Source of the DNA: Flavobacteriaceae bacterium
GTDB lineage: Bacteria; Bacteroidota; Bacteroidia; Flavobacteriales; Flavobacteriaceae
Length of the DNA: 44,160 nucleotides
Assembly (NCBI GenBank): GCA_030834365.1
Contig: JAURFJ010000001.1
Location: 1 to 44,160 of the forward strand
Direction: 5' to 3'
Below the pieces are notes generated by a model. It made no database searches, had not been told where the DNA came from, and saw nothing but the letters and a program-made list of their open reading frames with translations. Position 1 is the stretch's first letter. Every line of letters begins with the position of its first letter. Below are positions 7,711 through 16,505 of the stretch, piece by piece. The position numbers and the translations under genes were made by a program.

Positions 7711-9594
7711 GTGTTCACCTCTTACGTTTTTGACTTCGACAGCACCATAACTCGCGTAGAAGCCCTCGATATTCTGGCTGAAATTGCGCTAGCTGATAAT
7801 CCGGATAAAGAGCATATTGTGGCGCAAATTCAAGAGATCACCAATTTAGGCATAGATGGGGAGATTTCTTTTACCGAGTCTTTAGAACGTCGCATAAAAT
7901 TACTTCGCGCCCATAAATCTCAGCTGAATCAACTTATCGAAGAGCTTAAAGAAAAAATCAGCGATTCGTTTATGCGCAACCAGCGCTTTTTTGAAACACA
8001 TAAAGATCAGATTTATGTGGTTTCTTGCGGGTTTAAAGAATTTATAGAGCCCATTGTGAATCGCTTTCACATAGCGCCAGACAGAGTTTATGCGAATACT
8101 TTTGTCTACGACGATCAGGGTTACATCATCGGTTTTGATACCGAGAACGTACTGTCATCACACAACGGAAAGATCAGCTGCCTTAAAAACATGAACCTTT
8201 CAGGTGAGGTTCAAGTAATTGGAGATGGTTATTCAGATTACGTGATGAGAGAAGCGGGAATTGCCGATCGCTTTTTTGCTTACACAGAGAATGTAAAGCG
8301 CGAAAAGGCCATGAGAAATGCCGATCACATAGCCGAGAATTTAGATGAATTTTTATTTATAAACGATTTGCCCAGAAACGTATCCTATCCGAAGAACCGT
8401 ATTAAGATTCTCCTTTTGGAGAATATTCACCACGACGCATTGACTCGCCTTGAAACCGACGGGTATTCAGTTGAGATGGTGAGCAGTAGTCTAAACGAAG
8501 AAGAGCTAATAGAACGCATCAAAGGTGTTCATGTTCTGGGTATTCGATCCAAGACTAAGGTGACTCAATCGGTGGTTGATGCTGCCGATAAGCTTTTAGT
8601 AGTTGCGGCCTTTTGTATTGGTACCACACAGATTGATCTAGACGCCTGTAAGCGAAATGGAGTGGTGGTTTTTAATGCACCATTTAGCAATACCCGCTCA
8701 GTGGTTGAGCTTGCCTTAGGTCAAATTATTATGCTCATGAGAAGCGTTTTTGAGCGCTCTTCAGAAATGCACAGCGGAAACTGGAACAAAACGGCTTCTG
8801 GTTCTAAAGAGGTAAGAGGAAAGACACTAGGTATTATTGGATACGGCAACATCGGCAAACAACTATCTATTTTGGCCGAGGCAATGGGAATGAGGGTGTG
8901 TTATTACGACCTTCAAGATTCTCTGGCATTAGGAAACGCCCAAAAGGTTGAAGATCTTGACACCCTGCTAAAACAGAGTGATGTTGTTTCCCTGCATGTT
9001 GACGATAATCCTCAGAACAAGCATCTTATCGGTGAGCGTGAACTTTCACTGATGAATAAAGGAGCCTATCTCATTAACTTGTCACGCGGATTTGTTGTCG
9101 ATATTGACGCGTTGGCTCAGCAGCTTCGTTCGGGCCATATTGCAGGAGCGGCGGTTGATGTGTTTCCCGTAGAACCTAAGGCCAACGGAGTATTCAAAAC
9201 CCCCTTACAAGGCTTAGACAATGTGATCTTAACCCCTCACGTAGGAGGGTCAACAATTGAGGCACAGCGGGATATAGCCGATTTTGTTCCGAAAAAAATC
9301 CTGGGATATATTAATTCTGGTAGTACAGAAGATTCGGTGAACTTCCCGAATATTCGACTGCCCCAACAAAAAGACCGCCACCGTTTTCTGCATATTCACA
9401 AGAATGTTCCTGGAGTAATGGCGGAAATTAACAAAGTGTTAGCTAGCTATCAACTTAACTTGGTTGGGCAGTTCTTGTCCACGGATCCAGAGGTTGGGTA
9501 TGTCATTTCTGATGTAGACACCGCCTATAATCCGGAGGTAGTTTCAGCCCTCAAGGCTGTTCCAAATACCATAAAATTCAGGGTGTTGTATTAA
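7711..9594 (+). CDS. Bifunctional fusion: HAD-type phosphoserine phosphatase (SerB-like) N-domain plus D-3-phosphoglycerate dehydrogenase (SerA, E. coli type with C-terminal ACT domain)
   Basis: HAD motifs are FDFDST (DxDxT), VVSCGF, a Lys in NGKISCLKN, and GDGYSDY (GDGxxD). The second half is a 2-hydroxyacid dehydrogenase with NAD fold GIIGYGNIGKQ, followed by an ACT-like tail. The ORF is open back to ATG 7648. A TACATTTG -7 box at 7679-7686 lies downstream of that ATG, so I prefer the in-frame GTG 7711 (or TTG 7702) as the start. Confidence 0.85.
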   Translation: MFTSYVFDFDSTITRVEALDILAEIALADNPDKEHIVAQIQEITNLGIDGEISFTESLERRIKLLRAHKSQLNQLIEELKEKISDSFMRNQRFFETHKDQIYVVSCGFKEFIEPIVNRFHIAPDRVYANTFVYDDQGYIIGFDTENVLSSHNGKISCLKNMNLSGEVQVIGDGYSDYVMREAGIADRFFAYTENVKREKAMRNADHIAENLDEFLFINDLPRNVSYPKNRIKILLLENIHHDALTRLETDGYSVEMVSSSLNEEELIERIKGVHVLGIRSKTKVTQSVVDAADKLLVVAAFCIGTTQIDLDACKRNGVVVFNAPFSNTRSVVELALGQIIMLMRSVFERSSEMHSGNWNKTASGSKEVRGKTLGIIGYGNIGKQLSILAEAMGMRVCYYDLQDSLALGNAQKVEDLDTLLKQSDVVSLHVDDNPQNKHLIGERELSLMNKGAYLINLSRGFVVDIDALAQQLRSGHIAGAAVDVFPVEPKANGVFKTPLQGLDNVILTPHVGGSTIEAQRDIADFVPKKILGYINSGSTEDSVNFPNIRLPQQKDRHRFLHIHKNVPGVMAEINKVLASYQLNLVGQFLSTDPEVGYVISDVDTAYNPEVVSALKAVPNTIKFRVLY

Positions 9595-9599
9595 AGGGA

Positions 9600-10073
9600 T
9601 TATTCGTGGTGGTAAGGTTCACTGTTTAAAATAGTGAATGCACGATAGAGTTGCTCCATAAAAATGGGTCGTACCATTTGATGGGTAAAGGTCATCTTAG
9701 ATAGAGAGAGCTTATGCAAGCAGATTGAACGGATATGTTCTGAAAATCCGTAGGCTCCGCCAATCAGAAAACACAGTTCAGGTACGGCTCGTTCTCTCAT
9801 GTCGCCCAAAAATGCAGAAAACTCAAGCGAGCTTTTTTGTGCTCCCTTATCGTCAAGCAAAACCAAGACGGCCTTTGGATTTAAGTGCTTTTGAATCTCC
9901 CTTGACTCGTTCTCTAAGATTTCTTTGACTGTAAGGCCTTTGGCTTTTGTAACCGTTTTAGCTACCAGTAGTTCAAATCTGCAGTAATGCTTCAATCTAT
10001 TTTCGTATTCAGCAATAAGTGTGCTAATTGCTCCGAGATCTGACTTACCCACCACGATCAGGGTCACCTTCAT
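9600..10073 (-). CDS. rlmH: 23S rRNA (pseudouridine1915-N3)-methyltransferase, SPOUT family
   Basis: 157 aa. The MKVTLIVVGK start and the C-terminal LIGGAYGFSE ... SLSKMTFTHQM knot region are typical of RlmH. Confidence 0.9.
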   Translation of the reverse strand: MKVTLIVVGKSDLGAISTLIAEYENRLKHYCRFELLVAKTVTKAKGLTVKEILENESREIQKHLNPKAVLVLLDDKGAQKSSLEFSAFLGDMRERAVPELCFLIGGAYGFSEHIRSICLHKLSLSKMTFTHQMVRPIFMEQLYRAFTILNSEPYHHE

Positions 10074-10165
10074 TTTTACTAATTTCGTTCAATAGCTAAA
10101 GGTAAGGCCAATGGTGAATGTTTAAAAAATGGAGTGTAAACAATTGAATCAATGCTAGCGGGCTT

Positions 10166-11101
10166 ATGAAACACTATCTATTGCGTCTATTCATTCGACT
10201 AAATCGGTTGTTGTCTACTTGGTTACAGCGTATTAATTTACCTGGTTATCAGGGATTTAATTTATACGATCTCGTTGTTTTATACTGGTCAGGCCTTATT
10301 AAAGGCGCATTGAGTTCAAGGGCAAGTGCCATTGCATTTAGTCTTTTTACGGCCCTTTTTCCGCTGTTAATTTTCTTACTCACCTTGATGCCACATCTCT
10401 TTGATTTGGTGCAGACCAATGTTTCATATGACTTGACGTTACTTCGCTTTTTAGGGGCATTCTTGCCTGAGGCAACCGCGGATTATTTTTCACAGATTTT
10501 TACTGAACTCAAAGACAAAAGAACAGGAACCTTAATTTCGTCAACATTCGTAATCTCTATCTTTTTGGTAGCTAATGGAGTCAATAGCATTTTCAGTGAA
10601 TTTGCCCATTCGTATCACGTGGCGTTTACGCGAAATTTTTTTAAGCAGTACTTGTATTCTGTAATAGTGGGATTGTCTTTAGCTCTGGGTATCAGTTTGG
10701 GCACGTTGGGTTTTGTTTATTCTGAGTGGTATCTCAATCAACTGTCAGTATCGAGCGATTTTTTTAGCGTTCGATTGCTGCAGCGTTTTTTGGTGGTGCT
10801 CATGGTTTTTGTCGCTACGGCCTCACTCTATTTCTTTGGAACCGCAAAGAAGTCGAGAACCTCCTTTTTTTCTTGGGGTCCCTTAGTGACCACCCTGCTC
10901 ATTGTGCTCACCTCTTACGCTTTCGGAATCTATGTCGACAAGTTTGCTAGTTATAATGAGCTCTACGGTGCTCTTGGAGGTTTACTGATTCTCATGTTTT
11001 ACTTGTGGCTGAACTCTAACATTCTATTATTGGGCTATGAGTTAAATGTGTTATTAGCTCATTTGAAAAGTGGCGAAGCCACTTCGTCTAAGCGCGCATG
11101 A
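10166..11101 (+). CDS. YihY/BrkB-family integral membrane protein
   Basis: 311 aa with about 6 predicted TM helices. Block ASAIAFSLFTALFPLLIFL and C-terminal YGALGGLLILMFYLWLNSNILLLGYELN are typical of the family. Confidence 0.8.
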   Translation: MKHYLLRLFIRLNRLLSTWLQRINLPGYQGFNLYDLVVLYWSGLIKGALSSRASAIAFSLFTALFPLLIFLLTLMPHLFDLVQTNVSYDLTLLRFLGAFLPEATADYFSQIFTELKDKRTGTLISSTFVISIFLVANGVNSIFSEFAHSYHVAFTRNFFKQYLYSVIVGLSLALGISLGTLGFVYSEWYLNQLSVSSDFFSVRLLQRFLVVLMVFVATASLYFFGTAKKSRTSFFSWGPLVTTLLIVLTSYAFGIYVDKFASYNELYGALGGLLILMFYLWLNSNILLLGYELNVLLAHLKSGEATSSKRA

Positions 11102-13383
11102 GCATATTTGTACACGTTCTACTTCCGTTAAGGCTTTCTAGACCCTTCACTTATCATTTCGACGAGGCGACAAGTTTAAAAAGGGGTCAGCGAGTGGTCG
11201 TGCCCTTTGGCAAACGCAAACGCTACACGGGTATAGTCTGGAGCGCCTCTGTCGATAAACCTCCCTATGAAACCAAAGCTATTGAGGGTGTGTTTGATGA
11301 TGAACCCGTACTGACCGAGATACAACTTAACCTTTGGGAATGGCTTGCCGCGCATTACATGACCTCATTAGGGGAAGTTATGCGTACCGCAATGGTTTCA
11401 GGCTTACTTATTGAGGATGAACTAAGTGCCTTTGATTCTGAGCATTCATCAAGTGAAGTAATGCTCGAGAAAGCCCTGCCTAAAAATGAAAGCTGGGTAG
11501 AGTTGGTAGATGGCGAAACAGCTTGGCGTTTCGTTGAAGATTCTAAGGCGGTTAAGCAGGTTGAGTTAGTCAAAGGCCTGTTGGAGCTAATCGGGCCCGA
11601 TAAGCCTATACCCTGGAGAGAGCTTCAACAAGTTACCAGGTCGACTGTAGCTGTTCGCAACGCACTGGTTAAGAAGGGGATGCTTCTGCTTTCAGAACGC
11701 CCAATTGAGCGGCTAAAGCATAGCTCTTCTTTGTTTAAGCCGTTTGAATTAACAGATGCACAGCAGCGCGCGTTTAAATCTATAGAGGAAGGTTTTGAAG
11801 CCAAGAAGCCCGTTGTCTTGAAAGGGGTCACCGGATCGGGAAAAACGGAGGTTTACATGCAGTTGATCGAAAAGGCGCTCATTCAATCTGGTCAAGTGCT
11901 CTATTTACTCCCAGAAATTGCCTTAACCGAGGCCCTCACACTTCGCGTCAGTGCCCGGTTTCCAGAAAAAGTCTTGGCCTATAATTCGGCCTTGAACAAA
12001 GCGAAACGGGTCGAGGCTTGGCACAAGGTTCTCGCGCTAGACCCTAGTGTACAAATTGTGGTGGGCTCTCGATCAGCTTTATTTCTGCCCTTTAGCAACT
12101 TGAGCCTCATAATCGTTGATGAGGAACACGACACCTCGTTTAAACAGGCTGACCCTGCACCTCGGTATCACGCCAGAGATACAGCGATTTATTTGGCACA
12201 ACTTTGTAAGGCTTCTATCGTATTAGGGTCGGCAACTCCAAGTTTAGAGACTTACTACAATGCTACCCCTACAGCGGCTGGATCTTCAAAATATGCATTA
12301 GTTAATTTACAGCAGCGCTATGCCGAAGCGGTTTCTACTCAAATTGAACTGATTGACCTGAGGGAGGAATACAAGCGCAAGCGCATGCATGGTTTTTTCT
12401 CACAAACACTACTCGATCTTCTGGATGAAACACTACAGCGAGGGGAACAAGCCTTGTTTTTTCAAAACCGAAGGGGATATTCCACGCTGATTTCTTGCCA
12501 AAGTTGTGGTCATGTTAAGCGATGCCAATCGTGTGACGTAGGGTTGACTTATCACAAAGGGGAGTCGGTGTTGCGCTGCCATTATTGCGGATTTCAGGAG
12601 CCCTTTACAGTAAAATGTTCTGCCTGTGGAAGCCATGAATTACACGAGCAAGGTCTCGGTACTGAACAGTTAGAGTGGTACCTCTCAGAGCGCTATCCAC
12701 AACATTCTGTGATTCGGGTCGATAGTGATTCAGGGGCTTCATTGTCTAAGAGACTAAAGGCCTTAAAAGATTTTGAGGCTCAGCGGCATCAGGTCTTGGT
12801 GGGTACACAGATGATTAGTAAAGGCATAGACTTCTCTAATATTGGCCTCATAGGAGTGGTGCAAGTTGATCAGCTGCTTTACAGGGCCGATTACAGAGCG
12901 CAAGAGCAGGCCTTTCAAATGCTTCTTCAGGTAGCCGGAAGAGGAGGGAGGCATGCTGACAAATCGGCCACAATGGCCTTACAAACCTTTGATCCGGGTA
13001 ATCGGGTATTGAATTTATTGGTCCAAGGAGACGATAAGAACTTCTATAGGAGTGAATTAGAGGAGCGAAAGCAGTTTTTTTATCCGCCATTTTCGCGCAT
13101 GATTCGCATACAATTCAGAGCTAAGAGCGAATCGGTGGTCTGGGATGGAGCCTCTTGGTTTGCGAAAGCCCTCAAACAGATTGAGGAAATACACGTTTTG
13201 GGCAATGATAGCCCAATAGTTTCGAAGATTCGCGATCAGCACTACCAGCAAATTCTGATCAAATATCCAAAACAATTTCCGCTACAGACCCTGAAGGCAC
13301 AAATACAAAAAATTCAGCACTCTTTTGAAAGTATCGGAGCCTTTCAATCTATACGAATCGCTTATCATGTTGATCACATCTAG
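11098..13383 (+). CDS. priA: Primosomal replication-restart helicase PriA
   Basis: 761 aa. Walker A GVTGSGKTEVY, DEEH box VDEEHD, and Cys-rich zinc module CQSCGH..CQSCD...CHYCG...CSACG. It overlaps the upstream gene by 4 nt. Confidence 0.93.
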   Translation: MSIFVHVLLPLRLSRPFTYHFDEATSLKRGQRVVVPFGKRKRYTGIVWSASVDKPPYETKAIEGVFDDEPVLTEIQLNLWEWLAAHYMTSLGEVMRTAMVSGLLIEDELSAFDSEHSSSEVMLEKALPKNESWVELVDGETAWRFVEDSKAVKQVELVKGLLELIGPDKPIPWRELQQVTRSTVAVRNALVKKGMLLLSERPIERLKHSSSLFKPFELTDAQQRAFKSIEEGFEAKKPVVLKGVTGSGKTEVYMQLIEKALIQSGQVLYLLPEIALTEALTLRVSARFPEKVLAYNSALNKAKRVEAWHKVLALDPSVQIVVGSRSALFLPFSNLSLIIVDEEHDTSFKQADPAPRYHARDTAIYLAQLCKASIVLGSATPSLETYYNATPTAAGSSKYALVNLQQRYAEAVSTQIELIDLREEYKRKRMHGFFSQTLLDLLDETLQRGEQALFFQNRRGYSTLISCQSCGHVKRCQSCDVGLTYHKGESVLRCHYCGFQEPFTVKCSACGSHELHEQGLGTEQLEWYLSERYPQHSVIRVDSDSGASLSKRLKALKDFEAQRHQVLVGTQMISKGIDFSNIGLIGVVQVDQLLYRADYRAQEQAFQMLLQVAGRGGRHADKSATMALQTFDPGNRVLNLLVQGDDKNFYRSELEERKQFFYPPFSRMIRIQFRAKSESVVWDGASWFAKALKQIEEIHVLGNDSPIVSKIRDQHYQQILIKYPKQFPLQTLKAQIQKIQHSFESIGAFQSIRIAYHVDHI

Positions 13384-13399
13384 ATTTAGGCGCAGGAGC

Positions 13400-13430
13400 T
13401 TGTAAAGCACAAATGCTTTGCCTATTTTTG
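13400..13430 (+). promoter_or_regulatory. Bacteroidota sigma-A type promoter for rpsF-rpsR-rplI (TTG-N20-TATTTTTG)
   Basis: TTG at 13400-13402, a 20-nt spacer, then TATTTTTG (TAnnTTTG -7 box) at 13423-13430. The ATG follows 20 nt later. Confidence 0.5.
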
Positions 13431-13450
13431 CACTCTTTTAAAACTAAAAT

Positions 13451-13786
13451 ATGAACCAATACGAAACTGTTTTCATTTTGAATCCCGTTCTATCTGACGT
13501 TCAGGTAGAGGAAACAGCGAAGAAATTTCAAGATTTCTTAACGAGCCGTGGAGCTTCGATGGTAGCTAAAGAAAATTGGGGGTTAAAGAAATTAGCCTAT
13601 CCGATTCAAAACAAAAAGAGTGGTTTTTACCACTTATTTGAGTTTAATGCACCCGCTGAAATTATTACTGAATTCGAACTCGAGTTTAGACGAGACGAGC
13701 GAGTAATGCGCTACCTAACCGTTAAATTAGACAAGCACGCAGTTGCTTGGGCGGAAAAAAGAAGACAAAAACTTAAAACGGCTTAA
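13451..13786 (+). CDS. rpsF: 30S ribosomal protein S6
   Basis: 111 aa. N-terminus [12 protein letters not shown] and the conserved S6-S18-L9 gene order. Confidence 0.95.
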   Translation: MNQYETVFILNPVLSDVQVEETAKKFQDFLTSRGASMVAKENWGLKKLAYPIQNKKSGFYHLFEFNAPAEIITEFELEFRRDERVMRYLTVKLDKHAVAWAEKRRQKLKTA

Positions 13787-13788
13787 TT

Positions 13789-14085
13789 ATGTCAACTATT
13801 GAACAACAAGCGAAAGGAAAAAAAGATGGTGAGATTCGCTATTTGACTCCTTTAAATATTGATACACAAAAAGATAAAAAATACTGTCGCTTCAAGAAGT
13901 CAGGTATTAAGTATATCGATTATAAAGACCCTGATTTTTTACTGAAATTGGTAAATGAACAAGGTAAGATTCTTCCTAGAAGACTAACCGGGACCTCGCT
14001 AAAATATCAGAGAAAGGTTTCACAAGCCATAAAGCGTTCAAGGCACCTTGCCCTAATGCCTTATGTAGCAGATATGTTAAAATAA
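13789..14085 (+). CDS. rpsR: 30S ribosomal protein S18
   Basis: 98 aa. The [15 protein letters not shown] ... [27 protein letters not shown] pattern is typical of S18. Confidence 0.95.
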   Translation: MSTIEQQAKGKKDGEIRYLTPLNIDTQKDKKYCRFKKSGIKYIDYKDPDFLLKLVNEQGKILPRRLTGTSLKYQRKVSQAIKRSRHLALMPYVADMLK

Positions 14086-14098
14086 TTACGAGAAAGAC

Positions 14099-14551
14099 AT
14101 GGAAATTATTTTAAAAGAAGACGTTCAGAACCTAGGGTTTAAAGACGATATCATAGCTGTAAAGAATGGATACGGAAGAAACTTTCTTATTCCTCAAGGA
14201 TTGGCCGTATTAGCCACTCCTTCTGCGAAGAAGGTTCATGCTGAGAATTTAAGACAGCGCGCTCACAAAGAGGCTCAGCTCGTTAAAGAAGCTCAATCCG
14301 TTGCGGATAGACTTTCTGCTCTTCAGTTGAAGCTTCAGGCTAAAGTAGGTTCAGGAGACAAACTGTTTGGATCGATTTCAAATATTGATTTAGCTGCCGC
14401 TCTAGAGAAGCAGAATGAAGCCATTGACAAGAAATACATTATTGTTCAAGGGGGTTCAGTTAAGCGCTTGGGGGCATACACGGCCAAGGTTCGTTTGCAC
14501 AGAGATGTGATTGCTGACCTTGCCTTTGAGGTAGTTCCTGAATCCAATTAA
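14099..14551 (+). CDS. rplI: 50S ribosomal protein L9
   Basis: 150 aa. N-domain MEIILKEDVQNLGFKDDIIAVKNGYGRNFLIPQGLA. Confidence 0.95.
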   Translation: MEIILKEDVQNLGFKDDIIAVKNGYGRNFLIPQGLAVLATPSAKKVHAENLRQRAHKEAQLVKEAQSVADRLSALQLKLQAKVGSGDKLFGSISNIDLAAALEKQNEAIDKKYIIVQGGSVKRLGAYTAKVRLHRDVIADLAFEVVPESN

Positions 14552-14577
14552 TTACTGCACCTCGTTAACACCTATTC

Positions 14578-14602
14578 AAAGGGGCCTTTTTGGCCCCTTT
14601 TT
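14578..14602 (+). terminator. Rho-independent terminator after rplI
   Basis: AAAGGGGCC (14578-14586), loop TTTTT, GGCCCCTTT (14592-14600), then the T-tract continues to 14602. Confidence 0.8.
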
Positions 14603-14606
14603 AGTT

Positions 14607-15089
14607 ATGAAATTTCGTAGATTAACCAAAGAACAGTTTGAGAGCATGCACGAAGAGTTTAGTGCTTTTTTGGCTTCCAATGGTGTAGATAAAACACTCT
14701 GGGATAGTAAAAAAGTGAACAAATCGTCAGATGTGGATGAGTTGTTAGATGAGTTTAGCGATCTGGTTTGGGATGCAGTCCTTGAAAAGGCAAGATATAT
14801 TGAGAATATTTCTGCAAACCACCTGTTTTTGTTCAAGTGTTTGGACCAAGAAATCAAGCTAATTGCTATCGAGGTAAGTAATGCAGAGATTGACTTAAGA
14901 GAACAGTCAGGATTTGAGTGGTTTAAAAAGCATTACAACTCAGATTATATCAACTACAAAAGAGCATCTAAGGCGTATTCGAAAACCAAAAATGAAGATA
15001 AATTTGAATTGATAGAAAAAGGAGGCGTTATCACTAAAGGCGCCTTGTACGATTGGTTTGAAGACCTGTTGGATCTATCTTCTGAGTAA
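14607..15089 (+). CDS. Conserved acidic hypothetical protein (possibly the Flavobacteriia DUF6495-type family; uncertain)
   Basis: 160 aa, no TM or signal peptide, acidic C-terminus (DWFEDLLDLSSE). The MKFRRLTKEQFESMHEEFSAFLASNGV start resembles small conserved Flavobacteriia proteins that I recall only from memory. Confidence 0.5.
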   Translation: MKFRRLTKEQFESMHEEFSAFLASNGVDKTLWDSKKVNKSSDVDELLDEFSDLVWDAVLEKARYIENISANHLFLFKCLDQEIKLIAIEVSNAEIDLREQSGFEWFKKHYNSDYINYKRASKAYSKTKNEDKFELIEKGGVITKGALYDWFEDLLDLSSE

Positions 15090-15110
15090 TTAAAATTGAT
15101 ATATATATAT

Positions 15111-16502
15111 ATGGCTACAAATGCAAGTTTAGCTAAGGGTACTAGAGATTTTTACGGAGATGAACTGAGTAAAAGACAGTTCATGATAGGCGTTATTGAA
15201 AAACACTTCAAGCAGTTTGGATTCTCCAGGATTGAAACCCCGAGTTTTGAAAACTACGCCACCTTAATCGGTAAATACGGAGAAGAAGGAGATCGATTAA
15301 TCTTCAAGATTCTAAAGTCAGGTGACTATCTATCAAAGGCTAAGGAAGCGGCACTGACCTCTAGAAATAGCCAAGACCTTACCCCCGATATTAGTGATAA
15401 AGCGCTACGCTATGATTTGACTGTGCCTTTTGCGCGGTTTGTTGTACAGCATCAAAATGAGCTGGCTTTTCCTTTTAAACGCTATCAAATTCAGCCTGTT
15501 TGGCGTGCAGATCGACCACAAAAGGGTAGATACAGAGAATTTACGCAATGCGATGCCGATGTAGTGGGTGCGCAATCGCTGTGGCAAGAGCTTGAATTTT
15601 TGCAGTTGTATAATGCCGTTTTTACTGAATTGGGATTGATTGGCGAGAATAAGGTTAAGATAAAGTTGAACAATAGAAAGCTACTTTCGGGTATAGCTGA
15701 GGTTTTGGCTATTGAGGATCGATTAGCGGAATTCATGATCACTCTAGATAAGTTGGATAAACTGGGTGCTGATGCTGTCGCAGAAGAACTTAGATCACAA
15801 GGATTCGAAGACAGTGTATGGAATACGATGCAGTTTTTCCTAGACGAGTCGATCAGTCAAGAGCACAAACTGGATAAATTACGTCATCTCTTAGCCACCT
15901 CTACTAGCGGTCTTAAAGGTTTGGAGGAACTAGAGTTTTTATTGAACCAGTCTCGCTTGTTCAATCTAGAGGCCATTCTCTTGACCTTTGACCTCACCTT
16001 AGCGCGAGGCCTTCACTACTATACCGGAACCTTGTACGAGGTCAATGCTCCAGAAAAAGTTCAATTGGGAGCCATTGGCGGAGGCGGCCGATACGATAAT
16101 TTAACTGAGGCATTCGGAGGCACAGAAATGAGTGGAGTCGGAATTTCTTTTGGACTAGACAGACTGTACCTAGTTATGGAAGAATTACAGTTGTTTGGCA
16201 GTCATTTAGAAGACCAAATCGATGTAGTCGTCTTATTCCTGGAACAATCTGATCCAATCCGATTATTGCAGCTCATTGGCCAACTGAGATCGAAGGGTTT
16301 AGCCTCTGAACTGTATCCTGAAATGGCGAAGACAGCCAAGCAATACAAGTATGCCGAAAAGAGAAAAGCCAGGTTCGTATTGTATCAAAATGGGAACGAT
16401 AATTCTTCACAAGCGCTGACCTTAAAAAATATGAAGACTTCCGAAATACATGAATTTGATTTCGAAAGCCTTCAGGATATGATCGCTACTATAGGAGCTT
16501 AG
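15111..16502 (+). CDS. hisS: Histidine--tRNA ligase
   Basis: Class II aaRS motifs: GTRDF, motif 2 FKRYQIQPVWRADRPQKGRYREFTQCD, GGGGRYDNL, and motif 3 GISFGLDR. The track ORF starts at TTG 15096, but ATG 15111 (MATNASLAKGTRDF) is the more plausible start. Confidence 0.93.
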   Translation: MATNASLAKGTRDFYGDELSKRQFMIGVIEKHFKQFGFSRIETPSFENYATLIGKYGEEGDRLIFKILKSGDYLSKAKEAALTSRNSQDLTPDISDKALRYDLTVPFARFVVQHQNELAFPFKRYQIQPVWRADRPQKGRYREFTQCDADVVGAQSLWQELEFLQLYNAVFTELGLIGENKVKIKLNNRKLLSGIAEVLAIEDRLAEFMITLDKLDKLGADAVAEELRSQGFEDSVWNTMQFFLDESISQEHKLDKLRHLLATSTSGLKGLEELEFLLNQSRLFNLEAILLTFDLTLARGLHYYTGTLYEVNAPEKVQLGAIGGGGRYDNLTEAFGGTEMSGVGISFGLDRLYLVMEELQLFGSHLEDQIDVVVLFLEQSDPIRLLQLIGQLRSKGLASELYPEMAKTAKQYKYAEKRKARFVLYQNGNDNSSQALTLKNMKTSEIHEFDFESLQDMIATIGA

Positions 16503-16505
16503 CTC

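Noticed and set aside
12693-12701. Near-consensus DnaA boxes: CTATCCACA here (in priA) and TTATCCACC at 26871-26879 (in dnaA).
   Set aside because: These are isolated single 8/9 matches inside coding regions with no clustering and no adjacent AT-rich unwinding element. That is what chance would produce.
15096-15110. TTG-initiated 5-codon extension of hisS (MIYIY). The same issue applies to the 12-codon extension of dapF (23431-23466).
   Set aside because: The hisS extension is translation of the (AT)7 tract. In both cases the internal ATG yields the canonical conserved N-terminus.
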